Shown here one piece after another: positions 23,436 to 38,186 of a DNA stretch of 64,000 bases. The number at the start of each line of letters is the position of its first letter. The stretch's first letter is position 1. The notes beneath the pieces were generated by a model, which ran no database searches, had not been told where the DNA came from, and saw only the letters and a program-made list of their open reading frames with translations. The DNA is from Podarcis pityusensis. Taxonomy: Eukaryota. Made by a program: the position numbers and the translations under genes. The stretch is taken from assembly GCA_964106645.2 (NCBI GenBank), contig OZ067039.1; one strand, written 5' to 3'.

Positions 23436-26400
23436 CTGTCAGGATTGAAACAAACAAAAGGCCACTAAGTGCTAAAATGTACTAATCAAAATTAAATGGT
23501 AGCTGGGTCTGCATTAGAACACTGATCCACATCTACCCCCAAATAGCTGGTTCTAAATTTCATTTGAAGTTCTGAGATGTAACTCTTATGCCTACCTGCA
23601 CATCTTGTGTCCAGCCAAGCTGACCAAAGCCAACTAGTGCTTATGGCAGCCTGCCAGGCAGACCTGCATTGCCTTCGACCTAGAAGGCCACATGTACCTT
23701 AGACCTAGTAGGCTACCTATTCCATACAGCGTAAAACATGCAAGTTGAAGTTACAGCCTCATTTGAGCAAGAAGCTCCTCCCCTCCAACTTCCATGGCAG
23801 TTGGGTAGACACAAGTATTCTTCCTTTCCGGTTTTAATTCAACACATTTGAACTTGGTATCTTTTTCTGTTGCTGCAGATGAAGCCGGTCTACCAGCAGC
23901 TGGAAAAGAGGCAGCTGGGGGCACACTTACAGTGTGTGCCTATTCTTGCTTGTCAGTTTGGCACTCTGACCTGCCTGCCGCCTTACATCATATGATGACA
24001 TTTAATGAACAGGTGGTCCTGATTTGGGCCAAACCAGACCACAACCAAATGAGGAGACCTGGCAAGTCTAACAAAATACTTGGCAGACTAGAGATTCTTC
24101 TAGGGGTTGGGTGCAGGATCATCCCTGCAAGTATGTCAAAATATGTGATAATGTAGTAGACATTGGTTTTCTGTTCAGGTTCTCTGGAGTCAGATCTGGG
24201 GACCAGCAGAGCCCAATGAAGCAGGGAAAACATCCCTATGCATAAAACAAGTATATTTCTTTACTGTGATACAGCCATGGAACTCAATTGCAAGAGCAAC
24301 CCTATGATGTACATAATGTATGAATTGACCCTAATAGAGGGGTTAATGCAACATTTTTCTTGAAGGCCAAAAATGTTATCTAGAGGGCAATGTGGGTTTA
24401 CTTTTCCCTAAATGACTGAAGTCATAATTTAATATGAATTGGCGGCTGGCATCCTAAATTGGAGCAACCCGTAGAATAAAGAAAGCTTGTTACTGACCTG
24501 CAGTTGAATATTCTTTATTGAGTCTTAAACATAGCAACAAATCACATGGTGAAAACACCTTTCCCATCTACACAGTGCCAAGTATTCTAATATAGTTCAA
24601 AGACAGACGCTACCCAAAATATATATGTTTCCAACAAGAAGCGTTTTTTCTACCAGGAAGGAGGAGGAAGATGCTCTTAGGTTCTTACCAATGAAGTTCT
24701 TGACAAATATCACTTTGGTTACTGTAAGCCTTACAATATATTTCCGCTTTGAGGGAAATTCTTAAAGTTTTATTTGTTTATTTTCTTATCAATGAACGGC
24801 CTTAAATTTCCTACCTTTCAACTGTACCCTTTAAAAATGTACTAGTTAAACAAGATGATATATGCAATCCTGAAAATGTTTCCTGTAATGAGGTGTTGGG
24901 GATTAGTCTTGTTATGGGGTAAGAACTGTGAATGGATGATGCCATCTTCTTAATTTGGTGCTGAAATATAAATAAACCACTTTTAATATTTCTTCCTGAG
25001 GAATCTAAATCATAGAAAAAGCAGGCACAAGACTACTGCTAAGACCAAATCCCACACTTTTTATGTCTCTTGATTGTAGTCTCGGGACAAGATTATTTGT
25101 TTAGGTAAGTTATTGCTTGGCAAGGATGACGGGGGGGGGGGGAGTCTGAGGCTGTGCTTTGGTTTCTCTCGTGGTTCAGTTATAAGAAAATAAGAATTTC
25201 TGTACTGAACTACTCTTTGACTGGGACATTTCTTCTACTTTAAAATATGGACTCCTGTCGTCTTCTGTGGTTTGAAGCTTTGAAACATGCCACAGTGATA
25301 TGGGATTTTTTGGGGAGGGGAGTAAAAAGCAACTAGAAAACATGGGATGATTATAATTATCTTTATCAAGCTTGTAAACCAAATACTGTGAATTACTGCT
25401 GCCTGTTTTACTTTCTAATTCTTTTAAGGTTCAGTAGGCTTTGAAATGCCAGGTATAGTTTTATTCCAGGAAGAAATTAATTAACTAGATTGGAATTTGT
25501 CCAGGACCCCCAGGGGCTTTATACCTCTACACTTGCAAAAAATGCGATGGGATTTTTATTGACCACATGTGTTTAAAAGCTTAGTTTATCGGGGTGGGGA
25601 GAGAGAGACGACTGTGTACTTCCAACAGCACTATGTCCCTTAGAAATGTGCTTAACAGTATTGATCTGGAGGGAAGAGTGCCACCTACTGACACCATAGG
25701 GCCACCACTTCCTACACCTTCCTGGATTTCCTTAAAAATGATTTCAAGCCCATTATTGACCAAATCTGTTCCTATTTAACATGGAACAGGAAAGCAGAAT
25801 AAAACCTACATTTTATTACTTTGAATTTTGTATGCAATTGGGTTTTGGATTCTGCAAATTTTAGCATATTATTTCAGAAGATACAGGAGCAATATATGAA
25901 GACGGAACTTTGCTTCCAAGTCCTTTGCAACTAATATTTAATAATGTAAACAATGCAGTTCATGGTACTATTCTGTGGAACTACGATTTCCTCTGCAAGG
26001 CATTTTAACTGATGTTTTCAAACATTGGTTTCAGTTGCCTAAGTAGTGACAGCATTTAAACTCTTAAGTCTATCTTCATGGTTTGCTTTTGTGTTTCAAT
26101 AGTAGGAAGTTTAATTATAGGAAAACAGTAGCAAGGGAATGAATGTGTCACATTTTGGTCTTCTCTTGGGAATTATGTCTAGCCAAATTCCTATGAAAAC
26201 CTGTTGCAGAAGTTTTGCGTGCATAGAAAATGGGAATATACATACAGTGCTTTTTTCTGGGGGGACGCAGGAGTACACATAACCCTAAACATTTTGTGAA
26301 TCTTTGTACTTTTGTCCATTTGCTGTATTTATTCATCCCAATTTGAACTATAAAATGGTGATTTTCTTGAGTCAAAATGAGAGTACCCCTAAGCATTCTT

Positions 26401-27334
26401 TAGAAAAAAGCACTGTGTGTGTGTGTACACACCACTTTTCATTTTAAAAAAAATCTGAGTGGTTTACAAGAGTCATACATAAAACCACACAATAAAAACC
26501 ATATAGAATTAAAGCCAGAGATCCACTATCAACAAAAACAACAAAATTAATGGTGCATTAATATGGCCTTAATACTAATTTCATGAAGTTTGATTATTAA
26601 TATGGTGTTTATAATATCACAAAGTAATATAATATTACTGCATGAACAACTTGCTTTTATGTAAGTTATGTGGCACACTGGTCAGCAATGCCAGATGTTG
26701 AACCATTCGTAACACTTTTCCAACTGCAGCCCATGCCAAGCACCCTATGAAGCCAATGGCCGCCTTGTTCCCCAATCCTTGCTCCCCAGACAGCTGCCTA
26801 GGACACAGGCTCCTAAATATGGCACTGTGCAATAGTTCTTCTCTGCCAGTACTCCAAATACCTTCCTTTTTGGTTTTAACAGGGTGATGACAGAAACTTC
26901 GGGAAATGTGGATTTCTTCCTTCACCTAGGAATAATTCTTTCTAGTCTTACCATGACCAGTAACAATGTTTCCCTCAAAATTGCTTGGACGCTTCACCAA
27001 AGCAGGGCCCTGTGCTTCAAAAGTGCCCCCGAAATTCCACCTTAACAAAATTTGTTGGCAACCCAACACAAACAGCAATCCTACTACAGGATTCCTATAG
27101 CCCCAATCGGACTCTTTTGAAGCCAAGTACTGGAACCCTATTGAAGACTATCTGAGTGAGCCCCATTTATCATTTTTGTGCACAGGAGTACATACCCAAG
27201 TGTAAACAGATGTGGATCATGCCAAATGTTAACAGGACAATTGCTTATTTGTTGCTTTTCTCTTCAACATTGCTGTGAGCGAGAATCTGATTCTTTCCCC
27301 TGTTGACTGCCTGCCTGTCTGCCTATTTGCCCCC

Positions 27335-27337
<3 letters not shown>

Positions 27338-27368
<31 letters not shown>
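27338..27368. repeat. Compound (CT)n(CA)n microsatellite
   Basis: Directly visible. Confidence 0.9.
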
Positions 27369-29330
27369 ATATATATACACAAGCTTGCTTTTACTGATCC
27401 CATATATTAGTTTGCCTAACCTCTTTACTGAACTTCTTTCTAAAACAACAACCATCTGCTAAAGAACACATTGGTTCATATAATATTAACACACAGTAAA
27501 TGAAGCAGCAAATTAAATCAACTGATGTGGGCATGTATGGTTTGGGATCCAAAGAGCCACATGCACAATGAGGCTCTTCCAGTTCACATTTCCAGAGCAG
27601 CTCATTGTGCCTCCTTGAGAGGTCTTGAAAAGCCCCTTCTGAAGGGGCAAGGACAGGAGCAACATCTGACGTCATTGCCAGAAGTAGAAAAATGAGCAAA
27701 ACTGCTCTTCCATGAGCAACACTTCTCAGTCATGAGTGTGGATTCCTGCCATCAACGTTAAGAATATGAGGCAGTCCCTTGTGTCAAAAACCTCACTGTA
27801 AGATACACAGCAGTTTAGCCCTATATGCTGCAGCCCTGACCCAGGCTACATACTCAAGCTCATTTAATACATATATTCTCTAGCAGTTCTACAGGAAAGC
27901 TTTATCTGGGTTGGCTAGTAAAGAAAAAACAGCAAATTAAAATTGTAATATTGAAATACTAATCTAAAAATACCTTTATCAGGTCAGCAAAAAATATCAT
28001 TATCAGTTATCCAGATCAGATGAAGAATAAAATATTTGTGCCTGGGATTTAGAAGTGGAAAAATAGTTAAGGCTTGCTGCTAAGAAACAGGAAAGACACA
28101 GTTATGGTTCCCATGCAGAACTTCTTCATCGTATCTCCCCCTTCACAGACAGAATTAGAAACTGCTTTGCTTACAGTAGCTTATCTGAGGTCTAGTACAA
28201 TGACATTCCAATGAAATGATCAGTGACTCGTGCAACTTTGCTGTTCTTCCTCTGTTCTGTATCGTAAGGAAATGTATGGGATGCAAACACAAATACGTGA
28301 CCATGATGTCTCAGAAGCTAGGGATGGTGGAGAATTTTGCAATAATCAAACTTTAATTTGAGCTCTGCTCTACACTGCTCACTCATTCACCCACTATGCA
28401 AGCCAATTGGTTTTCATGTGAGCAAACAGCTAGACTGGGCCAATATCATATAAGTTTAAGGAAATGCAAACCACAACAGATGGAGTTTGAGTTACAATAG
28501 TGTGATAAAAAGATGGACAGCAAACCCCATCCCTACCAGAAGATGATGAAGAAGAAAAGGGACCGCACAGGTGTGAGCAATTACTATGCTAAATGATTTC
28601 CAAATACAGACATAATGTCCTTAGCATAAAGGTGACAATTTGCATTGCAGCAAAATATAATGTCATGAAAGCATTGCAGCAAGCAAAGCAGGAGTTACAC
28701 CATTTCTTGACTCTGAAAGGAAGGAGTACATGATTCCAACAGCAGCAATGCCCCTGAGCAAATGCAGTGCAAAACTGGGCAGGACTGTTGGGAGTCACAA
28801 ACTAGCAACTGCAAATTGAGGTCAGCTGAAAGTCATGCACACTGGGACAAACAATACCAATGTCTGGCATTACTAAGACATTTCTATAATATTTGGCATG
28901 TTAAAGTGCTTCACATACAGCAACCATTCTTTCATTATCGACATGGGTGTGGATTTCCATTCTTGTGCTTTAAAACTGTACCTATGATAAAGTAGCAGAT
29001 ACAATAAAGGAAGTATTTGCATTGATAAAATATATGGCAAGAGCTATGTTTGGACAAAGTGACTGTAGCTTATCCCATATATTGCCCAGAGGTTATATAT
29101 CCTTAAAAAGCACAATTTCTTTATAAGCCAAGGGTAAAGCAGATGAAGGGGCTTTTGTTAAAAACATTGGGGGGGGGGGCAAATTTATTACGCTTTCTTT
29201 CTTTCTTTTGCCAAAGTTGTTGAGCTTTCTTTAGTTTTGCTCAGAGTTTGTTTTTTTGCAAAATTGCAAAGAAATTGGATGTTTTTGAGCTATTTTTGAG
29301 GGAAATTGGCAAAAATGACACTGTCAACAT

Positions 29331-29443
29331 CAGTTGCCATATGTTTTGATTTTCACGGACATTTAGCCGATTTCCGCCTGGACACTGCTGTTAGCTGCAG
29401 TATTCCAAGTATGTCTGCAAATTTCCAGATGTATGGCAACCCT
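29331..29443. mobile_element. Short palindromic hAT-like MITE
   Basis: gttgccatatgt...ggacat ... atgtctg...atgtatggcaac inverted arms. Confidence 0.6.
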
Positions 29444-29444
29444 G

Positions 29445-29563
29445 CAGAGTCTAGATGTTTCTGAACTACAATGGCCATCATTCTTGACTGCTGGCTATGC
29501 TGACTGGGGCTGATGGGAACTGAAGTCCAACAGTATCTACAGAGCCACAGGTTCCCTACTCCT
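29445..29563. mobile_element. Diverged palindromic hAT MITE (related to 38050/42576)
   Basis: agatgtt...actacaa..ccatca ... tgatggga..tgaagtcc...atct arms; ends cctg. Confidence 0.65.
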
Positions 29564-29589
29564 GATCCAGCCGTTGCAAAAATGAATGT

Positions 29590-29633
29590 GTGGATGACCC
29601 TTGGGGTCCCAACTCTACAATTCTATGATTCTC
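29590..29633 (+). mobile_element. CR1/POM-type 3' tail fragment
   Basis: gatgacccttggggtcccaactctacaattctatgattct. Confidence 0.7.
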
Positions 29634-32600
29634 TATTATAGAACAATTACATGCTATTGCATTAGCAAGAAGATACAGAAAATAGAACTGTGGAAAGAGA
29701 GCCTGTAGTAAGGTTTCATTATGTTATGCTCTCCAACCGATAGACAAAAATAATTCTGAAACAAGCTAGAACAAAATAGAAATGAACCCATGTGCTAAAG
29801 CAAAGAACCAAAAGATAACTGAATAGTTCTGCTTTTTAAATCTCTTACATCAGTGTGGTCTCATCTGCCTGAAAGTCATACAATCAAATCTTTCCATATT
29901 GCTAGAAATGATTTTTAGAAAGCCATTTTGGCAATTTCCCTATCAAAAGTCTGGATTGCCTAATTTGAACAGTAGCAGAAGGGCAATGAGCCTATTTCAG
30001 TCACATTAAAACTGAATTGGCATTGAATTAATCGTAACAATTCTGACACCTGTCACCATAGTTTTACAAAACAGGCATGGCTTATTCCAAGGCAAATTGA
30101 GAGGACATAATATAGTTCCTTCTTTCAAATACTGGTGGGTAATAGTCCTTTCACAAACAGCAGCTGGAATACTAGATGTGTGGCAGAATGAAAACTGTAG
30201 TTCCAGGGGCCAGACACTTATCTGAGGTACTAAGACTACATTTCAGCTTTTGTGACATTTGTGACTTAAGTTATATTGATTTAAACACAACCCATCTGAC
30301 TTTTCTGTTGTGGTCACATATCTTTCCTAAGTAGGTACAAGTCTTAGAAGTTAAAAGTGTATAACACACAATAAAGTGTAGTCAGTAATGAATATGCTAT
30401 GCTCATGCTAAAAGTATTTGCCTCAGTCCCAAATACTAAACGTGGTAATTACACGGAAGGATATGAGAACAAAAAAGGAAAGAAGTGGGCTAAAATATAT
30501 AATTAACACCTTGGAAACAGAGCTGCTTGGAGACAGTATAGACCAAGGACCTAAATGTATAAGGCAATATAAGATGTGAAGCCTGCCTTTCTTTTTTATG
30601 ACAGGAAATTATTAAACAGACAATTTTCTGTAATAATTATTTAATACATATTTAAACTATTAGAGCAGATAAGTTGCTTAATAGGGGGGAAAAGTAGAAC
30701 TACTAATTCCCCCAATACTTGATATGCTAGTAATACAACGTATGCTTTTAATTCTTCCTTGTGCCTATTTCGATTGGGCCGCAATCCTAAACAACCTTCG
30801 TTTTGATGTAAATCATATTGAATTCAATGTGAATTACTTCTAGGTCAGTGTGGTTACAGTCAGAATGTTAGCTTAAGTGCACAATGCAGGTGTATGATTT
30901 CTTCTTTTCAGGAAACAACAGAAATAAAGAAGTTTCAATTCTGTGTTGTTTCTATCCAGGTTTTATTTCATCTTATTTAATAGCAGAAAGCAGCAGGACT
31001 TGTTTCAGTACTGAAACAAGTTTTCATCAAGTTGTTGCAAAAGCATCAGTCTTCTACATTAACACAGCACTGCAGATGAGAAGCCAATATAGGAAAATAT
31101 CAAGCGTTAGCCATACATTATGCACATGCTTAAACATTTCCCATTAATAGCATCAATGTACAATGTGATCCTGGGTTCTTTTCTGGCTATCAAGCCAGTT
31201 CAGATGCAACAGGAAACTTTGGCTTAACATAAGCCAGGATTTTGCAGCAATGTGCAATATGAGGGAGAAAACATGTTAAGGAGCAGCTTGCTGCAGAAAT
31301 ACCCTCAAGAAAGTCTTAAGTGCATGTGTGCACAATTGGCCCCTTTGGGGTCTATTTACTTATTAATATCATCATTGTCATCATCATACTTAATTACAGA
31401 TCACCTTTCAGGTTACAAATCCTCCCAGATACTGTCTGGGATCTAATTCTACACATCTGACACTAATGTAATACAATTTGTGCAAATGAGGAATGCCTCT
31501 AATCCCCAGAGCAACAATAATGACAGTGGTGGCAGTTGGGGGTATTCGGGTTATGGGTAATTTGCATGCTGGGACCTCCTGCGTCTGTAATTAAAATAAA
31601 AACTAAAGATACAGCTGCATGGAAAATTTATCTCAATACTAAATTATATGTGCCATAGTTTGAACAGAAACAGAAAATAAAATTGAGAAACAGGCTCAAT
31701 TTAAGGTGTCCAACATTAAATAACTCTCCACTTGTATAACATACATGAGGGAAAGATGGTAGAACTGACAGTGACATTGATGTCTCTAACTCCATGTATA
31801 CATATAAAGGAATTTCCTCAGGGAATCATTAAATGCTGGTTTTCTTCAAAGCTTACAGAAGCAGGACTGACCCTAACATTAGGCAGAGTGAGATCACTGC
31901 CTCAAGCTGCAGATGTTGGCAGGAGCTGGAAGACTGGGCTGCGTGTGCCAGGGAACATATACTCCACCCTCTCTAGCCTGCTGCTCTCAGCAACAGTAGT
32001 GGATATTATCTTATCACCAGTCCGCTTCAAATTCTTCCTCACCTCAGGCAGCAAAATTATTATTAGTAGTACAGTATTAGTATTATTTTCTTTGCCCTTC
32101 ACTCTAAGGTCCCCCTATTAAATATTTAAAACTATTAAAATATCAAATAGTTTAAATTTAACATTTTTTAAGAAGTAAAACAGTTTTAAACAACTTGCAT
32201 TCACAAAAGTAAGGGTGTCCTCAAGGGGACACCTCAAGTGTCAGAAGCTATGGTAAACAGGCTTAAGGTTCACCTAGTGTACTGTTCCTGTTCTGGTGGG
32301 CATAGCCCGTGAGTAAGCCACAAGCCTTAGTAGCCCAAGAAGGCTAGGCCTCACACACAGGACTTCCAAGCTATGGCAGAGGAAAGGAACCATGTAAAGG
32401 GTCGGGAACAAGAAACCACTCTCAGCCCAAAACATAATCAGGGGCACCATCCGTACCTGATGAAATCTCCAGGGATGAGCACCTGATAAGATCTGATCTA
32501 GGCAAAGTAAGTCAAGGAGACCTATGTCAGGAAGTGAGAGACATACAATGCCCCAACAACACATCAAGGAGGCCCACAGAAGGAGCTGACATAGCCTGTC

Positions 32601-35600
32601 CTCCCAGGTCATACTCAAATTCAGCTACCAATGTCTTTTGTTTATTTGACTACAATGTTGTGATGACATACTTGCCATCTGCACTGGAAAAACCAGGACA
32701 TCCCGGCAAATGAAACAGAAAAGATTGCTAGCTATGTTAATTTTTATGTACTTCCGCTATCGTAAGATTTCAAAGTTACCTTTTTGGTTCCTAATCCTTC
32801 TATGAAGTAGTGAGCTAATGAGTTAGCAAAGATTGCCAAATGCTAGCTTTGTCTGTGGCTGATATATTGTGGACACCTGTGATCTTGGAGTGACTGGAAC
32901 ATGTCTAGGGTAAAACGCTCTCCAGCAGTTTTTGGCCAATTCCATTTACATTTTTTGGCTGACCATTCGAACAGTTAAAAGAGACATTTGAGAAACACAC
33001 GAGTAACTCTGAACAATCCTTCAAGAAAATGTATTTATAGTTTTTAAGCAAATTATTTCAAAGAGAATTACATCATTGTATAGATTTCATTTAGCAGCAT
33101 TTATTTTTGAAATCTCAAAAGGAATTCTAGCTAGACATTTTATTTTGTCAACTGCTAATGAACCACTGATTTGGTTTGAGTACAGTCCTAATGGGAGCGT
33201 ACACAATCCTAAAATAGAAATTAGGACGATTAAATACTTAAAAAGCGATGTATAGGTTTGCCAAACAATTAGAATTTTAAACATTCATGAACTGCTTGCT
33301 TTGCAGCTAGCTTGGTTTCTTTGCATTTGCTACAAACCTACTTTGACAAACTCTGCTAAATCTTAAAATATTTTCAGATAGAAAAACTTTAAGAGTTCCC
33401 TTTAGTTCTGCACCAGAATGTTGTTTCATATCCACCAACATGCAAATGGGCTCCTGAACATATCATGTTGGCCACAAAAACCGCAACACATTAAACCACA
33501 CCAATTCAATGGAGGCCAGGCTCAAGACATGTTTTGACTTTCTCCAAAAACTCAGAATGGCTCTTTTATTGACGCATAGCTACAATATATGTGATTTATG
33601 TCCCCTTTCAATCTGCTCTCTTCAGGCATATTCTCTAAGCTGGGTCTCTGCTTTCTTCATTATATCCTTTCATTGGTTAAATGAACAGACCAAAAGCTGA
33701 CAGGCACAAGATTTAAGGAGTCTTAAATATGCCATTTTAAATACTGTCCTCCAAACACATTGGAGTCTATTAGACCTCCCCAGTGAATGCTTCCGAGGAT
33801 ATTTTAGCATTTTGCAGTTATTACAGTGTTTTCTGTATATGATGCAGGAGCTGAAAACAGAATTTCATTTAATCTGAATAAATTTAAATAGTGAGTTTTG
33901 GCACAAGCACTTTTTTAGCCCCTTATGCTAATAAGGCTTCAGTTTGCATAGTTCAGTCCTAAGCATGTTCTCATGTGTGTAATTAGAATTCCAGGCTAGG
34001 CACACTTTTCCTTAAAACAAATCCCACTGAATCAAGTGGAATCTCCTTCCAAGTAAGCATGCTTAGGATCTGGCTGTTAAGGCTTTTACTTCCTTTGCAG
34101 CTTCCCTCAACTGTTAAACAATTTCAGCAGTAGCATTAACAACACCTGCAGCATGGAATGACTTTGCTGCTATATCCACTCACTTTTCACTGCCTGCTAT
34201 CCTACAACTTGCAACAATGTCCAACGGGCATTAGACAGAAGTGACTTGGGTTACAATCCCTGCACATGCACAGTTGTGAAGCTAAAGGCCAGTCCTTATT
34301 TCTCAGCCTAACCTACCTGAAAGGTTTGTAGGTTTGAATAACGGGTTAAAAATATGGGGCAGGATGCAACGTCATACTATTAAGATAGTTTCTTCAATGG
34401 AAGCATTTTTGCTTCCCAGGTGGAACACTCTCCCTACTCTTCCCCTCACATGCTGTTCTGGGGTTTTTCCCAATGCCAGAGTGTGGATGTGGGGGAAGTA
34501 TTGGGGGTGTACAGCAGGAGGACAAAGGAATGGGGAGAAAGCCCCATTCTGCTAGTGGGAGTCCTTACACTAGCTACTGTTAGCACATCGGTTTAATTGA
34601 ATCCAGCCCATGATAGATACATCAACTGATGTATCCTACAAGGTCATGCCATTAGTGTAATGACTTCTGCCTGTACAACAGGACTTCCTTTCTCTATTGT
34701 TTACCTTTAGGTTCCCCAAGCCTCTGGAGCAGATTTGGGGGGACTGGGGCTGGGGAGAGAGGAAGTTCCATCACACAGACATAAGTCCTTCCACTAATAT
34801 GTACCCCAAGCAATAAACCTTTTTATCCAATGGGTGAAACATTTGCAGGGGAAAAAAATTTTAAACAACAAATGTTAATGTAAGACCTGCAGCTGAGGAC
34901 CATATACACCCTGAGATTTCTTTCTTTTAAGTAATTGCCACAGTATGTGGAGCTATTGGGAAGCATAAACCAAATAAGGGATGAGAAATACCTAACTATG
35001 CTCTGAGCACACAGAAAGAGCACTACATGCTCTTTTCTATGGAGCAATTTCCACTACTGAACAGAAAACTCAGGTTTTAAATTGAATTGCCAAGAGACTT
35101 GTCTAACAGCAGAAATGACAGCATAGAAAAGTGAACACAAAGTTCCCTCTCTGTGGACAATTGTCTTCCTCCTGTATATATCCATCATTGGGGCCTGGCA
35201 ACATTACTTTCCTTCCTTGCATAATAAATGTTCTTAGCCATTTCAGGAAGAGTTTAACCTTCAACATTCTTTGAAAATGTCACATGGAAACATTGCCGAG
35301 CCAATTAGTCTTCACCTGAAGAAGGAAGCTTGAGGAGTCAACCAGATTGTTTAGAATGCTTTATCGTTATCTATGTCTGAAGCAAACCTGGATATATTTG
35401 AGTTTTGGCAATTCAATCTCAGTATGCGTCTGTGATACATTACACATTCTGATGCAATCAGTGCCCTTGGCATTAATCCAATCCCAACAGAGCTCTATGA
35501 GACAATTTGTTATATTGGGTTAATCCACAAAGTTTAATAGCATTGACTATCGGAATCTTAGGACTATTTAAAATATATATATATTTCATACTATATCCGA

Positions 35601-35944
35601 TAAACATATGAAGCAAAACATAATACAGAAAGCATACCACAGAAAGCAGTGTTGTCTTCTAAGGCTGATAAGACAACATACAGTCAGAGCTTCTTACCTT
35701 TATACTTTGAACAGGATTTCTCTGCACCCTACACTCCCACATGTTTTCTGTCAGTAAGGGTCATAACACCCAGTATATGGACAGAGGGCAGGTCATTCTG
35801 GATGATAATGTTTGGGTGAGGATAGAACAAAGTGATCTGTTTTTCACCAATTCACTCTCTGTTTCTCCATATAAACTGCCATATTTCAGCATAGCTATTT
35901 CTTCTGGTCCATAATTTCCCTGTGCTTATTACATCATTATTTAA

Positions 35945-36045
35945 GGCTAGTGTAGATTTGGAAAAGGTTCAGAAAAAGGCAACAAAAATTATCAAGGGTG
36001 TGGAGCAACTGCCCTATGAGGAAAAGCTACATTTTGGGCTTTTTT
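35945..36045 (+). mobile_element. CR1 LINE ORF2 fragment
   Basis: LEKVQKKATKIIKGVEQLPYEEKLHFGLF matches the CR1 LERVQRRATKMI.GL..L.YEERL..LGLF motif. Confidence 0.85.
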
Positions 36046-36386
36046 TGTTTAGACTTTCTTCTATGGTCAGCTACCTCGATCACAATAGGGTTGTTGTTTC
36101 TAAATGCACAAAAATAAGGGCATTAGAGGGGGAAATCCAGAATATTTTGTCATCCTAAATGCCTTCAGGGTTAGAAGGACTACTTTTCCTAATTATAACT
36201 TCTCTTCACTGTGATTTGAAGCATATCCTATACATGTCTTCTCAGGAGTTAATGCCATTTAGTTCCTTGAACATTACTCCAAGGAAAGAGAGTATAGGTT
36301 TGCAGTCTGAAAGCCTCTATGTTCTTCCAAATAAAGATGCACCATTCCATTTCAATAGTAATTCCCACAATTTAACATCAGAGATA

Positions 36387-36632
36387 CAGTCAAACCTCGT
36401 TTCCTGAATGCCTCTGTTTTGGAATGTTTCGGCCCCTGAACGCCCCAAACCCGGAAGTAACTGCTCCGGTTTTCAAACAATTTTAGGAAGCCAAACAGTT
36501 TCCGAGCTGCATTTTTCATCCCCCCCCCCCCAATTGACTTTGCAGCCAGTCCATTGATCCTCGGTTTTTGAACTTTTCAGAAGCTGAACGATCTTCCAGA
36601 ACGGATTAAGTTCGAAAACCAAGGTTCCACTG
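36387..36632. mobile_element. Tc1/mariner (pogo-like) MITE, second family
   Basis: TA-cagtcaaacctcgttt ... aaaccaaggttccactg-TA imperfect TIRs with TA TSD. Confidence 0.8.
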
Positions 36633-37419
36633 TATTGAAATTCACCAATATTATCCAAACCCATTGAAATATCTCTGTAAAGTAAGTATCCAACCAGACT
36701 AGAGTATGGGTTTAAATCACATTTTTTTAATTAAGCAGGCTTTGATCCAGTCATAGCCTAGATATGGAAGTCTGCTTGGCAACCCCTTGTACACTGGCTT
36801 GAGTTCCATGATATAAATATCCCAAGGTGGGATATAAATGTACTAATGAATTTAAAAGGCATACAATATAACTCTTTACAATACACACAACCCAGCTGTT
36901 ATAAGCTTTACAAAGACCTGACTGGGAAACATCCCAATCTAGCTGATTTGTAAGGCATTTATATATTTAGAAATGGCTTGATTTGAGCCTCTTCCCCTTA
37001 TTACAAAAAATGATGGTCTGTCTTTTCTCTTGCCTAGCATATAACTAGAAAGTATAATGAAATGAACATATAGATTACAGGAAAATACATGATTCTTTTT
37101 TGCTACAGACTCTCGGTCACATTTCTTGAGGTGCATCAGCAACAAACATGATTCATAAAAATAACCCAGTACATTCAAATAGAACAAAATCATATTAAAA
37201 TTGAAACCAATAAAAGTGTTCTGAAACCTATTTACATGTTAATAGTTGTCACTATTTGTGTCTCTTAATACGTTCCAAATAAATGTTGTATGAAGTGAAG
37301 ATCCTATGTTATTTCTGTGAAAAGCAATTGTAATTTGTTTCAGCAAAGACCAAACAACCCAATGCCAGGGGCATTGATCAATTTGTTTCATTCAGCACAA
37401 CCGTGTTTGCAAGAGTAGC

Positions 37420-37901
37420 ACTCCAGACCATGGACCTAATTAGGCCCACCAGGCCATTTTGATCATGCCATGCTCTCTTGCCAGTCACCTGGCATCATAT
37501 AAGATGTCAGGTGTGAACAGGTAAAAGGTAGCTTGGGTGGGGCAAAATGGGCTGCTGGAGCACCTTCGATCAGTTGATCAACAAGGTTTCAGAAGTACTG
37601 CATACATGGCTTCTGAAATGCCAATGATCAACTGAGCTGGGCTGATGAAGCACCAAAAATCAGCTGATTGCTTGCACTTCAAACTGCAAGTCCTTTGCAA
37701 ATACCTCTAGGCAGTGCTTTGAAGTCTCGATGACCAGCTGATAGATGGGGCTTCCAAGCATGGTGTAGGGCTCTTTGCAAGGGCACAGTCACCCGATAGT
37801 TGGGGCTTCAAAGTGCCACATCACCTGACATCACCAGTCAAATGTTGTCTATTGGGAGTACAAGACATGGCCTGTCAGCTGGATGTGGTTCCCCACCCCT
37901 G
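37420..37901. mobile_element. Diverged hAT-like non-autonomous element
   Basis: Ends ggttccccacccctg; internal repeats of tcacctg(g/a)catca and cagctgat. Confidence 0.55.
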
Positions 37902-38049
37902 CCCTATAGGGTCAAATGAGAGGAACTAAAGGAGTACACTCTAAGACATATTGGGGACAGATCAAATCCCCTGGTGACCCTAAAGTGAACCTTATCCCTT
38001 TATCTGTTGATAGCCCCACCCTTGTGCTGTATTATTGGTCATGCTATAG

Positions 38050-38186
38050 CAGGCATAGGCAAACTTGGCCCTCCAGGTGTTTTTGGCCTACAACTCCCAT
38101 GATCCCTAGCTAACAGGACCAGTGGTCAGAGATGATGGGAATTGTAGTCCCAACACATCTGGAGGGCCGAGGTTTGCTTATGCCTG
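38050..38186. mobile_element. Palindromic hAT MITE
   Basis: caggcataggcaaac...gtttgcttatgcctg long inverted arms; perfect 8-bp TSD tgctatag (38042-38049, 38187-38194). Confidence 0.95.
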